Shown: positions 59,772-64,000 of the stretch, piece after piece
Layout: every line of letters starts with the position of its first letter
Position numbering within the stretch: position 1 is the stretch's first letter
NCBI GenBank assembly: GCA_963674595.2
Contig: CAXXFV010000014.1
Span: 64,001 to 128,000 of the forward strand
Reading direction: 5' to 3'
DNA from: a bacterium
GTDB taxonomy: Bacteria > Zhuqueibacterota > Zhuqueibacteria > Residuimicrobiales > Krinioviventaceae
DNA: 64,000 nucleotides
The notes under the pieces: model-generated
What the model saw: the letters and a program-made list of their open reading frames with translations, nothing else
Told to the model about the DNA's origin: nothing
Database searches by the model: none
Translations under genes and position numbers: made by a program

Positions 59772-62700
59772 TTATTGGTTCTTCTTGTCCATTAATTTTG
59801 CAATAGTACGTTTAACAGCTTTAACAGCGTCCGGGTTATACATGATCATAATATCCGCACCTGCATACAATAGATTTATAGCCGTAGCGGTTTCCCACAT
59901 GGCGGCACGTTTTGCCAGTTCTCCCCAGGCAGGAAAATCAGATTCCGGCGCTTTAACTTCTTTAATTTTGGCACACTCCTGGCCGGGTGCAACGATCATC
60001 GGGCCTGCCAGCATTTTATCGCCATTTAATCCTGTGAGACGGATTCTTTCGATAACAGAGTAGGTGTATTCAATCCCATACCCGGCGGCACCGGTCATGG
60101 GGTCCATGATAATCTGTTCCGGTTTTATGTCCATATTTGTCAGGAGAATATTCATCTGCTTGGCGATGTTGACATCAATCGGACTCTGGGATACAAGTGA
60201 ATGTCCATAGGCCATAGCGGCACCGGCAATTGTTCGGTAATTATCCTGTTCTACCCAGTTTAACAAGAGATTTTCACCGGCACATGCCTGGGCGACGGCT
60301 TTAAGCACTTCATTATTTCGGTCAAAATTACTGTGACCGGTAATGATCAACGGAACATCGACAGCCGCTAGTACCTCTTTAACCACCTGCACAGCCTGCT
60401 CCGGGGTTCTGTTTCCTTTTTCAGGATGGGTTCCTTCAAGCCGAACACTGATCAAATCAGCGCCGAATTTTTCCACACAAAGTTTCGCCATTTCCGCAGG
60501 ATTTTTCAACGTGTCACCATAGTAACCGGCCAAAACAGGCGGGAATTTTTCACTGACCAGATCAAAAACTTCCATAGCAACAAGAGGAGCATTAGGCATT
60601 TCACCTTCCCATAAATGAAAAGGCATACAGGTCTGTCCGCCTACCTGATATGTTTTTCCGCGTGTACCGCCTTCTGCTTTAGTCGCTCCAAGTTTTACCT
60701 TCCAAACAGGTACTTCACAACTTTCTTTGGGAACAGTAAAAGCGGTTACAGCACTTAGACGCTCTTTAGCGGTCGGACCGGCAGGCAGTTCCGGTTCTTT
60801 GACAATTTCTACCTTTTCTTCCGATTTTACAGGTTCCTTAAAAGTAATCGATCTTTCTTCTCCGAGAAATTTTTCGCCAAGAGTTGAAATAATTTCCCGT
60901 ACAATTTCCTTAGCCATAACGGATTTGAGTTCATCAGAAACTTCTTTTTTCAACTCTTGTTTTAATTGAGCCAATTGTTCGGGTGTCATGGGTTCATCCT
61001 CTTTTTCAGAAACATCTTTTGTTTCCGTAATTATTATTGATTCGACAGGTTCCTTTTTATCCGTTTCAACAGGTGATTCTGATGAAGAAATTTGCGACAA
61101 GTCTGACATTGTTAATGCCGGATGGTTCACTTTTTCCATATACTGTCTGACAGCATCAGCTTCAGTAGAAATAGTTTCGTCGGCAATTTTTTCCATCAGA
61201 TCCGCTGCATCCTGTTCCTGAAATCGCTTTTGCAGATCATCAGCCAGTAGATCTTTTAACTCTTTTGTCATCCAGACAAGACGTTTATGCCCGCCTTCTG
61301 CAAAAAGGAATTTTTTCGAAGTTAAAAAGACCTTTCCGCATCCCATAAAACCGGGTGTCTGCTGGCCGCCGCCGACACTTCCGGCTAAAGACGAAAAAGT
61401 CATTCCAACCGGGGTGTTGCCCTGATACTCGCGATTAACAGCCATAATTCCATTACATTCCGGGATGTAAGCACAAATAACTTCAAAACATCCACAGCTT
61501 GTCATTGGCCGGTCCATAATGGAATAGGCACAAAAACTGGACACGGATTTATGGCTGTTGGTGTAGACATATTCGTCAACACCTTTCCAAATACCTTTTA
61601 CAGGGTCAACTAAATCACCTTTTTTAACCGGCTGATTGGGACCGGTTTCGTCGATTTCAAAAGCGGCTTTACCGTCAAGCCAGTTATAGGCGCCGCAAAG
61701 TCCGAGTCGTTCCGGGGTAATAATACATACATGGTCCGGGGCAAAAGATTGACACAACAAACAGGAATAAAAAGTATCTACAGAATCATCCGTCATGGCT
61801 TCCAACCGGCGGTTGCGTTCATCATAAACCTTACGGGCAATAGCAATACGTTCTTCAACAACTTTTTGGTCGGTAATCAATGTGACCTTAACTTTATCAA
61901 CAATGGCCGGGTAATCGGATAAAAACTTGGCGTGAATAATTTCGCCATAATCTTTCAGTCGCACGCCTTTTGCAAAAGCATCTCTGGAAACACGCGTCCA
62001 GACAATATCCCGCTGTCCCATGTGCCAGATACCTTCCGCACCATTGACAAGATGGTGAATTTGGCGTTCGAGGATCGGTTCAAAATCAGACTGCATTTTG
62101 CGGCCCGCCACCTGGACCCAAATGCCCAGGGGAAGCACTGTTCCCGGTTCTATGGTATCAATATCCGGACCGATAATATCGATTTCGCCGTCATTAATTT
62201 CATCCAGTTCTACCGAGGTTACAAATTCAAAAGCCTGTGATTTATTACCACCAAATTCAGCGTGGACATCGTTTTTGCGAATTCTTTCGCCTTCAAACGC
62301 CGGGCCGTATGAAACAGGAATCGGTACTTTGGTAATTTTAATTTTGCATCCGCGAACTTCAAGCGCCTTTTCCACAATGATATCATGAGGGACCTGCGAA
62401 ACGACATGTTCATAAGTACATACACCTGTCGGTAAAATTTGCGGTATATCCGTATCTGCAATAACCGGGAAACCATAATTAATGGCCCCTGCTGCGAGAG
62501 CATATTTATCAGGAGTTACCGTACCGAAAGCCAGAACAAAGGCAAAAATTCTGTTTTTATTATATTTTAAATTTTTCTCAAAATCACCGGGTTTAACACC
62601 GCCAAAAGAAAGGGCGGCCCGGTTAGCAAATCCAAGTGCATAAATTAATGCGGAAACATCATTACCAAAAGGTACAAGCCGTGTTTCCCATCCAAGCTGA

Positions 62701-63272
62701 ATTCCCTCTTCAGCCAATTGTTTGGAAAAATGGTTTCCGTTTAGCCCGCCTCCCATAAAAACATACAGATTTTTTTCCTGCAATTCTCTGGCTATTTTAA
62801 CGGCAATTTCATTTGTCGGCGCTGCTCCGGTAATAGCGGCAAATCCGGGCGCTGTTCCATCGACAAATTCGATGCCTCTTTCACGCATAATCAAATCGCT
62901 TGCGGCACCCAGCCAAATATCATCAACCGGATGCGGACCGGTAATATACTTGCAGGCTTCAATAATTTCACAGGCAAACAAAGCCGCAACACCGGCATCC
63001 AGGGTACTTCCTAAATATGGCAGCCAGACTTTTTCAGATGGTCGTTCCGGCAATAGCTCTTTTGCACGTTTTAATATATCTCTCAGGTCCGCCAATGTTT
63101 CTGCTTTTTTACCGATAAATGAATAAATGACCGGCAAAAAATAAGCTGTATCCGGGAACCCGACTGCCTGGGATTCTCCTTTTATCTTAATCGCCTCATC
63201 AAGTTTCGATTCAGCGCGAGCAACCCATTCTACAGCACCGTCAATGGCGCTGCTGCATATCAGTTTAGACAT
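59772..63272 (-). CDS. acsB-acsD: Acetyl-CoA synthase (AcsB) fused to CFeSP small subunit (AcsD)
   Basis: A-cluster ligands CLLCQSFAPDHVC, GLCGAY and TSCGCFE; then a linker and AcsD (LGATKAEGGTRG, SPIDVNIAKQ.N, GYGIEYTYS). Confidence 0.95.
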   Translation of the reverse strand: MSKLICSSAIDGAVEWVARAESKLDEAIKIKGESQAVGFPDTAYFLPVIYSFIGKKAETLADLRDILKRAKELLPERPSEKVWLPYLGSTLDAGVAALFACEIIEACKYITGPHPVDDIWLGAASDLIMRERGIEFVDGTAPGFAAITGAAPTNEIAVKIARELQEKNLYVFMGGGLNGNHFSKQLAEEGIQLGWETRLVPFGNDVSALIYALGFANRAALSFGGVKPGDFEKNLKYNKNRIFAFVLAFGTVTPDKYALAAGAINYGFPVIADTDIPQILPTGVCTYEHVVSQVPHDIIVEKALEVRGCKIKITKVPIPVSYGPAFEGERIRKNDVHAEFGGNKSQAFEFVTSVELDEINDGEIDIIGPDIDTIEPGTVLPLGIWVQVAGRKMQSDFEPILERQIHHLVNGAEGIWHMGQRDIVWTRVSRDAFAKGVRLKDYGEIIHAKFLSDYPAIVDKVKVTLITDQKVVEERIAIARKVYDERNRRLEAMTDDSVDTFYSCLLCQSFAPDHVCIITPERLGLCGAYNWLDGKAAFEIDETGPNQPVKKGDLVDPVKGIWKGVDEYVYTNSHKSVSSFCAYSIMDRPMTSCGCFEVICAYIPECNGIMAVNREYQGNTPVGMTFSSLAGSVGGGQQTPGFMGCGKVFLTSKKFLFAEGGHKRLVWMTKELKDLLADDLQKRFQEQDAADLMEKIADETISTEADAVRQYMEKVNHPALTMSDLSQISSSESPVETDKKEPVESIIITETKDVSEKEDEPMTPEQLAQLKQELKKEVSDELKSVMAKEIVREIISTLGEKFLGEERSITFKEPVKSEEKVEIVKEPELPAGPTAKERLSAVTAFTVPKESCEVPVWKVKLGATKAEGGTRGKTYQVGGQTCMPFHLWEGEMPNAPLVAMEVFDLVSEKFPPVLAGYYGDTLKNPAEMAKLCVEKFGADLISVRLEGTHPEKGNRTPEQAVQVVKEVLAAVDVPLIITGHSNFDRNNEVLKAVAQACAGENLLLNWVEQDNYRTIAGAAMAYGHSLVSQSPIDVNIAKQMNILLTNMDIKPEQIIMDPMTGAAGYGIEYTYSVIERIRLTGLNGDKMLAGPMIVAPGQECAKIKEVKAPESDFPAWGELAKRAAMWETATAINLLYAGADIMIMYNPDAVKAVKRTIAKLMDKKNQ

Positions 63273-63999
63273 CCAGTTCTCTCCTATCTTTCATATCATA
63301 CAGCTTGCGTTCCATCTTTTTGTTGATGCCCAGTTTTTCTCTGGCATTGTCAAGTAAGGTCATTATTTTATCAAAGGCAGCATCTGCTTCTTCACAAACA
63401 TGGAATGATCCGCCAAACAAATCTTTAGCATCTTGGTGTAAAAATTTGTCAACATTTTCCGATCCGGAAACATAAAAGGGATGCCCTAAAATAACGTCCA
63501 CACCGGAGGCGACAAAATAACAACCAATGGAAATTGCCTTTTCGCTCATCCATTCCGGAGCGACACCCACGGCCGGAATTAAGGAAAGATCATCTCCCAA
63601 ACCGCCTTCAAGAACAATTTCCGTACCCGCTTCCAGAATTCTTGAATTATCAACGCAGCTCCCCATATGCAGGACAGGCGGAATTCCGACGGCTTCACAA
63701 ACTTCACGCAATCCGCTACCAGCCTGTTCCAACGCCGTTTCAGGGGTCAATCTCCCCTGTTTTGCCGAAGCAATAGCAGCACAACCGGTTTTAAGGACCA
63801 GTACATTTTCTTTAATCAGTTTTTGAGTCAGAGTGTTAATGTAATCGTCCAGTTTTTCTTTCGGATTGTTACAACCGACAATTCCAACAACACCCTTTAT
63901 TCGGCCCTGAATAATAGCATCATTCAAAGGTCTAAAAGAGGCGCGGTAGCTGCCGCCCAGCATATATTTGATCGCATCAACACTAAATCCGGCAATAAG
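63265..63999 (-). CDS. cooS: Ni-CO dehydrogenase catalytic subunit (5' partial)
   Basis: GCNNPK, TGCAA, HMGSCVDNSR, APEWMSEKA; the frame stays open to the window edge. Confidence 0.96.
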   Translation of the reverse strand, partial: LIAGFSVDAIKYMLGGSYRASFRPLNDAIIQGRIKGVVGIVGCNNPKEKLDDYINTLTQKLIKENVLVLKTGCAAIASAKQGRLTPETALEQAGSGLREVCEAVGIPPVLHMGSCVDNSRILEAGTEIVLEGGLGDDLSLIPAVGVAPEWMSEKAISIGCYFVASGVDVILGHPFYVSGSENVDKFLHQDAKDLFGGSFHVCEEADAAFDKIMTLLDNAREKLGINKKMERKLYDMKDRRELDV

Positions 64000-64000
64000 C

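Noticed and set aside
1-64000. CRISPR arrays, tRNA, rRNA
   Set aside because: No regularly spaced repeats or recognisable structural RNA sequences were seen by eye.

Overview
AT-rich bacterial chromosomal window. Nine secreted proteins end in a YPNPFNP-type FlgD-Ig/T9SS-like sorting domain, which points to the FCB superphylum (KSB1/Calditrichota-like; an inference). In order, the window holds: a partial LRR surface protein; an MtaA/CmuA-type methyltransferase; a six-gene orphan catabolic operon with a leader terminator; sugar enzymes (lyxose-type isomerase, GH16, an (alpha/alpha)6 glycosidase); a signal-peptide Ni-SOD; hemerythrin; SPFH/NfeD; hicBA; BlaI/BlaR-M23; a ~20 kb array of secreted proteins with an IS481 element, a TPR-AraC regulator and a two-component system; glpK; and the distal part of a CODH/ACS (Wood-Ljungdahl) cluster. 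Two observations stand out. (1) The array at 30-50 kb has unrelated N-terminal domains on a mosaic, near-identical C-terminal module. Three of its junctions repeat a unit of terminator, sigma54-like promoter, covarying hairpin and the start of the 837-aa gene; that start is intact once and decayed twice. This suggests cassette accretion or shuffling by recombination. (2) AcsB and AcsD are fused in one ORF that keeps an internal SD+ATG. Seven +1 indels in the first 2.8 kb are most likely sequencing errors. All calls come from reading motifs; no database searches were run.
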